DNA of 64,000 nt from Candidatus Giovannonibacteria bacterium RIFCSPHIGHO2_12_FULL_44_22 (GTDB lineage Bacteria > Patescibacteriota > Minisyncoccia > UBA11713 > 2-01-FULL-45-33). Below are positions 1 to 11,203 of this stretch, one piece after another. Positions within the stretch are counted from its first letter, which is position 1. Each line of letters begins with the position of its first letter. Where the stretch lies: the NCBI GenBank assembly GCA_001778695.1, contig MFHU01000003.1:75112-139111 (forward strand), written 5' to 3'. The translations under genes were made by a program, and so were the position numbers. Below the pieces are notes generated by a model. The model had not been told where the DNA came from. It made no database searches and saw nothing but the letters and a program-made list of their open reading frames with translations.

Positions 1-1068
1 GCGGTTGTGGCGGCGTTCCGCGCCGTGCTTACGGGAAAGCAAACAGCGATTATGGCGCCCACCACGATTTTAGCCGACCAGCATTTTGAAATTTTTAAAA
101 AACGCCTTGAACTTTTTGGGGTAAATGTGGCTAGGCTTACCCGCCTGGAAAGCTCGGAAAAAATAAAAGAAATTTTAAAAAAGATTGAAGACGGCCGGAC
201 GGATATTGTAATCGGGACGCATAAAATTTTAGGAAAAAACATAAAGTTTAAGAATTTAGGCCTATTAATTATTGACGAAGAACAGAAATTTGGCGTTGCC
301 CAGAAGGAAAAATTCAAAAAAGAGAATCCTTCGCTTGATATTCTGACTCTTTTCGCGACGCCGATTCCTAGAACCTTGCAATTAGCGCTTTCCGGAATCC
401 GCGCGATTTCCGAAATCTCAACTCCTCCGGAAGGCAGAATGAAAATTGAGACTTTCGTGCTCCCAAAAAATAAAAGATTAATCAAAGAAGCGATTTTATA
501 TGAATTAAAAAGAAAAGGCCAAATTTATTTTCTAGCCAATAGGATCCATAAAATCCCCGCGCTTTTGGAGGAAATTAAAATTTTAAAAACCGGCGCCAAA
601 ATAGGCGTGCTTCACGGAAGAATGCCGGAAGCTAAAATTATAAAAACCATGCATGATTTTCGCGAAGGGAAATCAGACCTTTTGGTTTCCACCACGATTA
701 TTGAAAATGGGATGGATCTTTCCAACGTAAACACTTTGATTGTGGAAGATGCCACGCGCTTGGGGCTTTCGCAGGCGCACCAATTGCGTGGAAGAATCGG
801 GCGTGGAGATAAAGAGGCGTTTGCTTATTTTTTGTACCTTACTCAGCACCTCAAAGAAAAAGCCGTCTCTAGATTAGGGGCGCTAGAGAGGTATTCATGG
901 CTCGGCGCAGGTTTGGAAATTGCTAAAAGAGATTTGGAAATCCGTGGCGCGGGAAATATTTTGGGCCGCGCCCAGTCGGGCATCGCCTTCCGCATCGGAT
1001 TAAATCTTTATTTTGAACTTTTGGAGGAAGCAATTTCGGAAACCCGTGGATTTGACAAAAATAGCTAG
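1..1068 (+). CDS. mfd: Transcription-repair coupling factor Mfd, C-terminal helicase part; the gene starts upstream of the window
   Basis: SF2 helicase motifs are present (TPIPRTLQLALSG, GLLIIDEEQKFGV, QLRGRIGRG). A TRG-type motif DLEIRGAGNILGRAQSGIAFRIGLNLYFELLEEA matches Mfd more closely than RecG. The ORF is open to position 1. The protein ends about 17 aa after the TRG motif, so a D7-like C-terminal domain seems absent. Confidence 0.6.
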   Translation, partial: AVVAAFRAVLTGKQTAIMAPTTILADQHFEIFKKRLELFGVNVARLTRLESSEKIKEILKKIEDGRTDIVIGTHKILGKNIKFKNLGLLIIDEEQKFGVAQKEKFKKENPSLDILTLFATPIPRTLQLALSGIRAISEISTPPEGRMKIETFVLPKNKRLIKEAILYELKRKGQIYFLANRIHKIPALLEEIKILKTGAKIGVLHGRMPEAKIIKTMHDFREGKSDLLVSTTIIENGMDLSNVNTLIVEDATRLGLSQAHQLRGRIGRGDKEAFAYFLYLTQHLKEKAVSRLGALERYSWLGAGLEIAKRDLEIRGAGNILGRAQSGIAFRIGLNLYFELLEEAISETRGFDKNS

Positions 1069-1117
1069 ATTTACTAAGTTTATCGCAGATAGTAAAACTC
1101 AAAAAGGAGGGTGATTT

Positions 1118-1777
1118 ATGTGGACTAGCGCGCTTTGGATAATTGGAGGCGTCTGGATTTTGTGTGGGATTTTTTTCTGGTTCTTTGTAAAATCTCTGAA
1201 AGAAATCAAACGCTCAAGTTGGCATTACAAGCTCTACGATCTTGTGTGGAGTAATTATCCTCAATATTCTTCTTCTTATGCGCTTTGTTTGACCGTTACG
1301 CCATTCGCATTGATTGTGGCTATATGGTTTGTTCTTTGTTGGTTCGTGATCGGTTGCCCAATTAGGTTTCTCCTTAATTGGGTCATCTGGCCGTTTTTCT
1401 TTGGCAAGAGGCCCGTTGATGGATGGAGTAAGAAATACTGGGGCGATTTGATTGATACAGATACTCTCCCTAGTGATAATAGTACATATATTAATTGTTC
1501 TTTTTGGAAATGGCTTTTGTTGCCAGTCGGCGGAATATCTATGGAAACATTTATGTCGCCGTCCCCATTTGTGATTCTTATTGAAGGATTGACCGTTGTC
1601 TGGCTGTTTTACAAAATGCTTTTTAGGGCATTTTTGCCTCTAGAAAAATATATTTTGGGAGGCACAGTAGTTTTAATGATACTGATTGTTATAACAGCAT
1701 GGCTTAAACCACATCTGAAGAAGATATATATTAAATTGAGAAACAAACTTAGTGTCCATCTGCCCATCGTGGATTAG
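1118..1777 (+). CDS. Hypothetical Trp-rich polytopic membrane protein
   Basis: Strong SD (AAAGGAGGGTG) sits 6 nt upstream of the ATG. Several hydrophobic segments. No recognisable catalytic motif. Confidence 0.5.
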   Translation: MWTSALWIIGGVWILCGIFFWFFVKSLKEIKRSSWHYKLYDLVWSNYPQYSSSYALCLTVTPFALIVAIWFVLCWFVIGCPIRFLLNWVIWPFFFGKRPVDGWSKKYWGDLIDTDTLPSDNSTYINCSFWKWLLLPVGGISMETFMSPSPFVILIEGLTVVWLFYKMLFRAFLPLEKYILGGTVVLMILIVITAWLKPHLKKIYIKLRNKLSVHLPIVD

Positions 1778-1786
1778 CGTTTCCGG

Positions 1787-1818
1787 CTGCTGGTCTTTGA
1801 CCGCAGCTTTTTTATTTA
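1787..1818 (+). terminator. Rho-independent terminator after the membrane protein gene
   Basis: Imperfect hairpin GCTGCTGGTC-TTT-GACCGCAGC followed by TTTTTTATTTAT. Confidence 0.5.
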
Positions 1819-1870
1819 TAATTTGACAAAAAAACCTAGATTTGCTAGGTTATTTTTAGATTTGACAAAA
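1819..1870 (+). promoter_or_regulatory. Possible promoter/operator: direct repeat ATTTGACAAAAAA x2 flanking the palindrome CCTAG-ATTTG-CTAGG
   Basis: Two TTGACA boxes at 1823-1828 and 1862-1867. No convincing -10 box at the ideal spacing. The second box is too close to the start codon to be a -35. Confidence 0.3.
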
Positions 1871-1896
1871 AATTTTTCAGGAGAAAAGGAGACAAA

Positions 1897-2724
1897 ATGG
1901 CGCAATATAAAATAGGTGCGATGGAAATTACGGAAAAAATATATAGACTTTTAAGAAGTCAACAAGGAGAGATACTTCGCTTGTCGCGAACTTCTGTGAT
2001 GCGGGAAAAAGAAGTAAAAGGATTTGTCGGGGAGCTGGATTTATTTTTACAAACGGTTCTTTGCGATTTTTTACCATCGCTTATTGACTGCAAAATTGTG
2101 AGCGAGGAGATAAAAAGCGCGTGGCCGCCAGTATCTAGCGATTTTTGGATTATTGATCCACTAGACGGCACCGATAACTCCGGAATGCTTTCTTTCAACT
2201 TTGGCACAATGGGCGCTTTGATTGAGAGAGGTGGAATCTCTTTGGCGTGGATTTATCTTCCTATTAGAGAACAGGTCTTCGGAGACGGATTTTTCTTCGC
2301 TGTTCGTGGGAACGGAGCTTTTCAAAAAACGCCTATTGGTTTTAAGCCATTGCATGTCTCTGACAAACGAGATTTTGAAAAAGCCAATGTTTTTTTGGAA
2401 GGAGAAAGTAAAAAACTTCCAGAGTCGCCGTTTATCTGTAAAATCAGACAAAATACTCGCAACCGCAATGGTATGTCCTGCGCTCTATCTTTCGCCTTGC
2501 TCGCTTCCGGATTTCACGCACCAATCCCTGTTGATGCTGTGATTTCTTATAAGAATGAGCCCTGGGATAATTTGCCTGGAATATTGTTGACCGAAGAAGC
2601 CGGCGGTAAGGTTACTGATTTCTACGGAAGGCCTTGGTCGCTTGAAAATTGCGGCAGTTTGGTTTTTTCCAACGGGCTTTTGCATGGCCAGATCATTGCT
2701 CTCAACTGCCCAGCTTTTCGCTAG
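1897..2724 (+). CDS. Inositol monophosphatase / CysQ-family phosphatase
   Basis: WIIDPLDGTDN metal-binding motif and WDNLPG...EAGG C-terminal motif of the IMPase fold. SD GGAGAAAAGGAG. Confidence 0.65.
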   Translation: MAQYKIGAMEITEKIYRLLRSQQGEILRLSRTSVMREKEVKGFVGELDLFLQTVLCDFLPSLIDCKIVSEEIKSAWPPVSSDFWIIDPLDGTDNSGMLSFNFGTMGALIERGGISLAWIYLPIREQVFGDGFFFAVRGNGAFQKTPIGFKPLHVSDKRDFEKANVFLEGESKKLPESPFICKIRQNTRNRNGMSCALSFALLASGFHAPIPVDAVISYKNEPWDNLPGILLTEEAGGKVTDFYGRPWSLENCGSLVFSNGLLHGQIIALNCPAFR

Positions 2725-2761
2725 GATACGATATGGCCTTAATCCAAATGGATGGGCCTTT

Positions 2762-3913
2762 TTATTTTTCCTGATTTTCTTGCACTTCCTCTTTCGGAGC
2801 CACAGGCGCTTCGCCTTTTTTCCCGAGAAACGAAAGCGAAAGTTTTTTATCTTCCGGTTTATAGTTCACTATCTGGAAAAAATATGACTCGCCGGCCAAA
2901 ACCATCTCGCGCATTTTTTTCTCCGTGCCGAATTCCGAAATATGGGCGAGTCCGTAGATGCCGGTGTCCAAAGTTATCAGCGCGCCGAATTTATTTAAAC
3001 GCAAAACTTTTCCTTCCACAATATCGCCTTTTTTATATTTTTCTTTGTGCGTTTCCCAGGGGTCCGGCTTTAAGGCTTTCACTGAAAGTGAAATTTTGTC
3101 TCCGTCTATTGAAATTATTTTAGCTTTTATTTGTTCACCGACTTTAAAAAGCGCGTTGGGGTTTTCCACCAAAGCCCAATCCAGCTCCGAGATGTGGGCG
3201 AGCCCCTCCAGCCCTTCCTCTAATTTTATAAATATTCCGAAATCAACCACGCCGGTAACTTCTCCCTCAATAATGTCGCCGACTTTGTATTTTCCCACGA
3301 CTTTTTTCAAATCTTCTGACTCCGCGCCTTTTTCTGAAAAAATAAGTTTGTTTTCTTTGGGGTCAAAATCCAAAATGGTGACGGAGATAGCCTCTCCAAC
3401 CAATTTTCTAAGCTCGTCAAAAATTTTTTCTTTCTCGCCATTCTCAACTCGCGGGTAGTGGGACGCTTTGAGTTGCGACGCCGGCAGAAATCCTTTGATG
3501 CCGCGCCATTCCAAAACCACGCCGCCTTTGTTGGCTTCCAAAACTTTCAAATTCAAAGCTTCCTGCGAACCCTTCAGCTCTTTAGCTTCTTTCCAAATCA
3601 TTTCCGAGCCCGCTTCTTTCAATGAAAGCTCAACGAAGCCGTTTTCATTTTCAAGTTCCACGATTTTTGCCGTTACCTTATCTTCCGGTTTCAGATTTTT
3701 AATAAGCTCCCGCGCGTTTTGATATTCCTGGCCGTAGATGATGCCGGTGCCGAAAATTCCCAAATCCAAAAACACTTTGGCGCCTTCCCGCTCCAGCACA
3801 CAGCCCTCAATTAAATCGCCGATTTTAAGAAAAACCTTCGGCCGCGCTTTAAGCAAAGCGTCCATTATGCCGTTATTCGGCTTAATATCTTTTTCCATAG
3901 CTAAATTCGCCAT
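2762..3913 (-). CDS. rpsA: 30S ribosomal protein S1
   Basis: Four repeated S1 domains (KVGD/IIEG...GLAHISE patterns). Start chosen at MANLAMEK (3913). The ORF track extends to an alternative ATG at 3958. Confidence 0.8.
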   Translation of the reverse strand: MANLAMEKDIKPNNGIMDALLKARPKVFLKIGDLIEGCVLEREGAKVFLDLGIFGTGIIYGQEYQNARELIKNLKPEDKVTAKIVELENENGFVELSLKEAGSEMIWKEAKELKGSQEALNLKVLEANKGGVVLEWRGIKGFLPASQLKASHYPRVENGEKEKIFDELRKLVGEAISVTILDFDPKENKLIFSEKGAESEDLKKVVGKYKVGDIIEGEVTGVVDFGIFIKLEEGLEGLAHISELDWALVENPNALFKVGEQIKAKIISIDGDKISLSVKALKPDPWETHKEKYKKGDIVEGKVLRLNKFGALITLDTGIYGLAHISEFGTEKKMREMVLAGESYFFQIVNYKPEDKKLSLSFLGKKGEAPVAPKEEVQENQEK

Positions 3914-3950
3914 TGATTGGATTATAAGCATTTTGCTACAATTGTCTAGT

Positions 3951-4600
3951 ATGGTCATAACTTACTACGGGCTTTCGTGTTTTAAAATACAAAGCGGGGA
4001 CACGGTGTTGGCTATTGACCCTTTTTCAAAAGAGTCGGGGCTGACGCCACCGAGGTTTGAGGCGCACGCTGTTTTGGTGACGCACGATCACGAAAACCAC
4101 AATAATATTGAAACGCTTTCCGCGAAGGGTGAGGGCGTCGTTTTCAAAATTACTGGTCCCGGCGAATACGAGTTTAAGGGGATTTTGGTGCGTGGTTTTT
4201 GGTCTTTTCACGACTCTAAAAACGGCAAACAAAAAGGGAAAAACACAATTTATATAATTGAATGGGAAGGGATGAAGCTCGCGCATTTGGGCGATTACGG
4301 CGAGGAAACTTTGCGGAGTGAAATTCAGGAGGCATTGGGCACGCCGGATATTTTATTTTTGCCGGTGGGTGGCGGCGATACAATAGACGGCGAGGTGGCA
4401 GCGAAATTGGCGAACCAAATTGAACCGCGCGTCATAATCCCTATGCATTATAAAATTTCGGGGCTCCGAGCGAAATTGGACGGCGTGGAAGTTTTTATGA
4501 AAGAAATGGGAGAGAAGGCGGAGCCGGAAGAGAAATTTACAATTAAGAAAAGCGGACTACCTAACGCCGAGGATTCCAAAATAGTAATTTTAAAAACGCC

Positions 4601-4604
<4 letters not shown>
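3951..4604 (+). CDS. MBL-fold metallo-hydrolase
   Basis: VLVTHDHENH His cluster, GDY/LFLPVGG, PMHY. Start taken at the internal ATG 3951 (MVITYYG), because the upstream part of ORF 3738.. is antisense to rpsA. Confidence 0.6.
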
Positions 4605-6828
<2,224 letters not shown>

Positions 6829-6833
6829 ATAAT

Positions 6834-7460
6834 ATGAAAATCACAAAACACATTCATTCATGTTTGCTGGTGGAGGATGCGGGGAAACGGATTTTGGTTG
6901 ACCCTGGGAATTATACTTTTGAGGAGGGCGCGCTGGATTTGGGGAAAATTGACGGCTTGGATTTGATTTTGATAACCCACGAACATTTGGACCACGCCTA
7001 TCCGCCTTTGATTAAAAAAGTTTTGGAGCGCTTTCCGGATGTTAAAATTCTGGCGAATTTATCCACCAAAAATTTCTTAACGAAAGAAGGCATCGGCTCT
7101 TTTGCGAATAATTTTGATGGCATCACTTTGGCGGACGCTCCACATGAATTTTTGCTAGGCGGACGGACTGCTGAAAATTCGCTTTTAAATATTTTTGGAA
7201 AATTAACCCATCCTGGCGATTCACTAAAATTTAACGCGTCTCTCCCGATTTTGGCTTTGCCCATCCAAGCACCATGGGGAAGCATGGTGGCCTCGGTTGA
7301 AAAAGCCGCGCTCGTAAAACCGAAATTTGTAATTCCAATTCACGATTGGCATTGGAAAGATTCAGCGCGGAAGAAAATGTACGACATGGCAAAAAATTAT
7401 CTGGCCGAAAAGGGCATTGAGTTCCGGAGCTTGGAAACTGGAGAAGAATTTGAAGTTTAG
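6834..7460 (+). CDS. MBL-fold metallo-hydrolase
   Basis: ILITHEHLDH (HxHxDH) motif and PIHDWHW. Confidence 0.6.
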   Translation: MKITKHIHSCLLVEDAGKRILVDPGNYTFEEGALDLGKIDGLDLILITHEHLDHAYPPLIKKVLERFPDVKILANLSTKNFLTKEGIGSFANNFDGITLADAPHEFLLGGRTAENSLLNIFGKLTHPGDSLKFNASLPILALPIQAPWGSMVASVEKAALVKPKFVIPIHDWHWKDSARKKMYDMAKNYLAEKGIEFRSLETGEEFEV

Positions 7461-7483
7461 CTTTAAATTGCTACAATAATCCT

Positions 7484-7765
7484 ATGATTTCTAAAGAAGA
7501 AATAGAACATCTGAAGGATTTGGCAAGAGTAGAATTTGGAGCGAAGGAAACTGAAAAGCTTGCCAAGGATTTGGACGAGATTTTGGAATACATTGACCAA
7601 CTTAAAAAGGCGGACGTTTCAAACGCTCCGGAAATGACGCACGCGCTGGAGGGAGTAAAAAATATTGTTAGGAAAGATGAAAACAATAAATATAATTCAG
7701 AGGATTTAATCGGCGCGTTTCCCGAAAAAGAAAATAGCTATCTTAAGGTAAAAGCAATTTTATGA
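7484..7765 (+). CDS. gatC: Asp/Glu-tRNA amidotransferase subunit C
   Basis: 93 aa. Motif IEHLKDLARVEF...LDEILEYIDQL typical of GatC. Stop overlaps the gatA start. Confidence 0.8.
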   Translation: MISKEEIEHLKDLARVEFGAKETEKLAKDLDEILEYIDQLKKADVSNAPEMTHALEGVKNIVRKDENNKYNSEDLIGAFPEKENSYLKVKAIL

Positions 7766-9159
7766 CGATTTTAGAATTTCACAAAGCCCTTAAAAATAAA
7801 AAAACTTCCGCAAGAGAGACGGCAATTTCCTATTTGGACAAAATAAAAAAGGAAAATAAAAATTTAAACGCCTATCTGGAAATTTTTTCCGCCAGAGGGG
7901 GATCCGCATCTGGCGGAGAGTATGACGCGCTTAAGCAGGCAAAAGAAATTGACGAGAAAATCGCTTCGGGCGAAGAACCCGGCGCGCTTTGGGGCGTGCC
8001 GATTGCCATAAAAGACAATATTTTAATAAGAGGGGAAATTGCCTCCGCTGCCTCAAAAATTTTAGGAAATTACGTGGCTTCCTACGACGCGCATGTGATT
8101 GCAAAATTAAAAAAAGCTGGCGTAATATTTTTGGGGCGCACCAATATGGACGAATTTGCCATGGGTTCATCAACCGAAAACTCCGCCTACGGTCCGACAA
8201 AAAATCCGCGCGACACTTCCAAAGTTCCGGGTGGTTCATCTGGCGGCTCGGCCGCCGCCGTTGCCGGCGGCCTCGCCATGGCTGCCTTGGGTTCAGATAC
8301 CGGGGGCTCCATCCGCCAGCCGGCGGCTTTTTGCGGAGTTGTTGGTTTGAAGCCCACTTACGGCGCGGTTTCCCGAAACGGACTTATCGCCATGGCTTCT
8401 TCTTTGGACCAAATCGGACCAATTACCCAAACAGTGGAAGACGCGGAAATTTTATTTAATACAATTAAAGGAAAAGACGAAATGGATTCAACTTCTGTTT
8501 TACCAAAAGTTTTCAACCGCGCCGCCAAAATTAAAACCATTGGCATTCCCAAAGAATATTTCAGTGAACAAGGTCTTGACCCCCATATTAAATCAGAACT
8601 TGATAAAGTAATTAACAAACTTGAGAAAAATTATGAAATCCACGAAATCAACTTGCCGCATACCAAATACGCTCTGGCTTGCTACTATATAATTGTACCG
8701 GCGGAAGTTTCATCCAATATGGCGCGGTTTGACGGTGTAAGATACGGCGAAAGAAAAGATGCCGGAAATTTGATTGAAACTTACAAAAAAAGCCGCGGCG
8801 AGGGAATCGGGCTTGAAGTCAGAAGAAGAATTTTGCTGGGCACTTACGCGCTTTCGGCGGGCTACTACAACGCGTATTATTCCAAAGCCCAGCGCGTCCG
8901 TTCGTTGGTTGCAGAAGATTTTAAAAAAGCATTCGCCGAAGTTGATCTGATTTTGGCGCCCACCGTTCCTACTCCGCCTTTTAAAATCGGCGAAAAAACA
9001 AATGACCCATTGGCTATGTACCTTTCCGATATTTATACTATTCCGGCAAACTTGGCGGGCGTGCCAGCGCTCACTTTGGCTTCAGGCGCCCAGCTTATTG
9101 CCCCGCATTTTGAAGAAAATAGATTATTTGAAGTCGGTAAATTTATAGAACATGATTGA
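7762..9159 (+). CDS. gatA: Asp/Glu-tRNA amidotransferase subunit A (amidase)
   Basis: Amidase signature GGSSGGSAAAVA plus GSDTGGSIRQPA. 465 aa. Confidence 0.9.
   Translation: MTILEFHKALKNKKTSARETAISYLDKIKKENKNLNAYLEIFSARGGSASGGEYDALKQAKEIDEKIASGEEPGALWGVPIAIKDNILIRGEIASAASKILGNYVASYDAHVIAKLKKAGVIFLGRTNMDEFAMGSSTENSAYGPTKNPRDTSKVPGGSSGGSAAAVAGGLAMAALGSDTGGSIRQPAAFCGVVGLKPTYGAVSRNGLIAMASSLDQIGPITQTVEDAEILFNTIKGKDEMDSTSVLPKVFNRAAKIKTIGIPKEYFSEQGLDPHIKSELDKVINKLEKNYEIHEINLPHTKYALACYYIIVPAEVSSNMARFDGVRYGERKDAGNLIETYKKSRGEGIGLEVRRRILLGTYALSAGYYNAYYSKAQRVRSLVAEDFKKAFAEVDLILAPTVPTPPFKIGEKTNDPLAMYLSDIYTIPANLAGVPALTLASGAQLIAPHFEENRLFEVGKFIEHD
7889..7918 (+). repeat. GC-rich palindromic mini-insert in gatA, TCCGCCAGA-N12-TCTGGCGGA, encoding (S)ARGGSASGG(E)
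   Basis: 9-bp inverted arms. A near-identical element is present in asnB at 32926-32956. Confidence 0.6.
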
Positions 9160-9688
9160 TCTCATAAACTCAATTTTTGATTTGGCTTTTAATATTATAG
9201 ATTTTTTAATTAACTACGATTATTCGCGGCCGGTGCCCTTGCTAAAGGCCTTGGCGGTTTATATTTCCATCCCGCTGGTTTTTGGCATAATTTACAGCAT
9301 TTACAAATCCAACCAGATTTTCAGGGCGATGCACGTTTTTGACGAGCCGAAAGGAACGCCGTTGGAGAAAAATAAAAATCAGGAGGATTGGGATAAAATT
9401 TTGGCTGGCGGAAAATCGGAAAATGAAAACGACAGGAAACAAGCAGTAATTTCCGCGGATTCTTTGATTGAGAAAATTTTGGGGATGGCCGGATATTCTG
9501 GAGAAAATTTAGGGGAGAAATTAAAAAATATCGAGCCAGCGGATCTGGATTCTCTGGACGCGCTTTGGGAAGCGCATAAAATCAGAAACCGCATCGCCCA
9601 CGAAGCCGGCTATCAGCTTCTCAAAGAAGATTCCGAAAAAGCCCTCGCCCTTTTTGAAAAAGCGTTGAAGGAATTGGAATATATTTAA
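9152..9688 (+). CDS. Hypothetical protein with an N-terminal TM segment
   Basis: ATG overlaps the gatA stop. No recognisable motifs. Confidence 0.4.
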   Translation: MIDLINSIFDLAFNIIDFLINYDYSRPVPLLKALAVYISIPLVFGIIYSIYKSNQIFRAMHVFDEPKGTPLEKNKNQEDWDKILAGGKSENENDRKQAVISADSLIEKILGMAGYSGENLGEKLKNIEPADLDSLDALWEAHKIRNRIAHEAGYQLLKEDSEKALALFEKALKELEYI

Positions 9689-9703
9689 TTTTTCTTTTCG
9701 CGG

Positions 9704-9774
9704 TAGCGGGGGCGGGAGTTGAACCCACTTCTGGAGGTTATGAGCCTCCCGAGATACCGTTTCTCTACCCCGCA
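9704..9774 (-). tRNA. tRNA with CAU anticodon (Met or Ile2 type)
   Basis: Hand fold gives D stem GAGA/TCTC, anticodon stem GGAGG/CCTCC, loop CTCATAA and T arm GTGGG-TTCAACT-CCCGC. The acceptor stem pairs 6 of 7 positions, and position 1:72 looks unpaired (T:T). No encoded CCA. Confidence 0.55.
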
Positions 9775-9815
9775 TCGTAATCGCTATTATACTGTCTTTA
9801 TTAAGATTGAGCAAA

Positions 9816-9860
9816 GAAAAACCGCCCTTCGTCCGCCAACTAGCGGACTCGGCGGTTTTT
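9816..9860 (-). terminator. Rho-independent terminator downstream of csp; A/T runs on both sides, so possibly bidirectional
   Basis: AAAAACCGCC..GTCCGC-CAACTA-GCGGAC..GGCGGTTTTT. Confidence 0.6.
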
Positions 9861-9872
9861 CTTCCGCAACGC

Positions 9873-10073
9873 TTATGCGCGCGATACATTGACTGCCGCT
9901 GGGCCTTTTTCGCCCTCAACGACTTCAAAGGTGACTTTGTCGCCAACCTTCAATTCGTCATATGTTACGCCTTTCAACTCCTTGGAGTGAAAGAAGAGAT
10001 CCTTTGTCTCGCCTTCGCGAGCAATGAATCCAAATCCTTTGGGCGTAAGTGTCTTGATTGTTCCTTCCGACAT
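9873..10073 (-). CDS. cspA: Cold-shock protein (CspA family)
   Basis: 66 aa. RNP motifs GFGFI and VFFH-like, in the block KGFGFIAREGETKDLFFH. Confidence 0.85.
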   Translation of the reverse strand: MSEGTIKTLTPKGFGFIAREGETKDLFFHSKELKGVTYDELKVGDKVTFEVVEGEKGPAAVNVSRA

Positions 10074-10170
10074 GCGATTTGTTTTTATAATTAACTATAC
10101 CGAGAAACTCGACTTTGTTTCTGTGCTTTACAACACCAAATTAGTGTAGCATGTAATCGGAATTTATACA

Positions 10171-10201
10171 AATAAAAAAAGGGGAGCCGGCGGGGGCTCC
10201 C
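10171..10201 (-). terminator. Rho-independent terminator of the lytic transglycosylase gene
   Basis: Minus-strand reading GGGAGCC-CCCGCC-GGCTCCCC followed by TTTTTTT. Confidence 0.6.
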
Positions 10202-11047
10202 TTAATGCGCTGATTCGTCCAGAGGCAATTCATGTTTCGTCTCCTGATTTGAGCACGAAAAGTCTTCAGGATTGAAAGTGCCGGCCAGATAAGATTTAAA
10301 TAATCTCCCGGCGCAAGCCACTCGAAATGGGTAAGTAGGAGTCCAATCATGTTTCGCAGAATCAAATTTGGCAATCATCTCCGCCAGTTGCGGGTTTTCC
10401 CCCGAATGGGCTATAAAATACAGCTTGGTTGGAGTCATATCCTCGTTTTCCCATCCCGGTGTTTTCTTCGCGACGGAAATGAATCTATTCACTAAACCTT
10501 CCCCCGCGTGATACGCCCAAATTGCGTTGTTTATATTTCCGAAGCGCTCCGCGAGGCCGGCAAGATGTTTAGCCGAAGCCATTGTCGCCAATTTAGGATT
10601 AAATCTATCATCCCGCACGATAACTTTTTTATAAACGGGAATTCTTGTGATTTTCCCTTTGCGTCGGGCAACGACAGTTTTTTTAATATTGCCGTATTTA
10701 ACTAGCCCCATATTTTTTCCGGTAAGGGGCATAATTTGCCCGATTCCGGAAGCTCCCGAGCGGTTTTTTGCCGTGGGATCACAGCCACTTTCCAGAAGAA
10801 TGATTTCCAAGAGTTTGTCTTCCGGAAATCCGCTCGTTTCTGAGGCCTCGCGAAACATTTCAAGGTAGGTGGTCTTAGCGCATTCGCTAAGGCCTTTAAA
10901 GAATCTTTCTTTCGCAATGAAGACTCGCGCTTGCATCGCGATAAGGGCTTCCTCTTTCTCTTCAAAGATCTTGTTGGCATCTATCTCCTGCCCATACACT
11001 CGCAACGTAACGGCGAGCAATAAAATTGAAAAGATCGCTATTTTCAT
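10202..11047 (-). CDS. Secreted lytic transglycosylase (SLT domain)
   Basis: N-terminal signal peptide. SLT catalytic motif ESGCDP...SGASGIGQIMP. Strong SD GAAGGAGGG. Confidence 0.75.
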   Translation of the reverse strand: MKIAIFSILLLAVTLRVYGQEIDANKIFEEKEEALIAMQARVFIAKERFFKGLSECAKTTYLEMFREASETSGFPEDKLLEIILLESGCDPTAKNRSGASGIGQIMPLTGKNMGLVKYGNIKKTVVARRKGKITRIPVYKKVIVRDDRFNPKLATMASAKHLAGLAERFGNINNAIWAYHAGEGLVNRFISVAKKTPGWENEDMTPTKLYFIAHSGENPQLAEMIAKFDSAKHDWTPTYPFRVACAGRLFKSYLAGTFNPEDFSCSNQETKHELPLDESAH

Positions 11048-11203
11048 AATAAACCCTCCTTCTATAAAATGAATTATGAACTAAGAAATACATAGCACCC
11101 TTCAATTTAAATGTCAACTATTTGTTTATGCGCGTTTGCCGCCAAATTGAATACACCCGTCAGTAAAATGTATTCGGCTCTTGTTTCTGATTCGTTCATA
11201 CAG

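Noticed and set aside
1-1068. Calling the first ORF RecG
   Set aside because: The TRG-region sequence (LGAGLEIA..DLEIRGAGNILG..QSG..IGLNLYFELLEEA) matches the Mfd pattern more closely than RecG. The call is kept as Mfd-like, but the N-terminus lies outside the window.
2958-3722. ORFs antisense to rpsA (2958-3458, 3468-3722) and the 5' extension of ORF 3738-3950
   Set aside because: They are antisense to a confidently identified ribosomal protein S1 gene. They are Ser/Pro-rich and carry no motifs.
8219-8300. GC-rich tract in gatA that looks like the palindromic inserts
   Set aside because: It encodes the canonical amidase signature GGSSGGSAAAVA, so it is native and not an inserted element.
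7931-8459. Long antisense and alternative-frame ORFs (7931-8239 minus, 7989-8459 plus, 8156-8350 plus) inside gatA
   Set aside because: They lie entirely within the well-supported gatA frame in its GC-rich amidase-signature region. Their translations are low-complexity and Arg/Pro-rich, typical of off-frame artefacts.
11141-11168. Hairpin GAATACA..TGTATTC between fic and the transglycosylase gene as a fic terminator
   Set aside because: There is no T-run on the minus strand after the stem. Only a possible weak structure.
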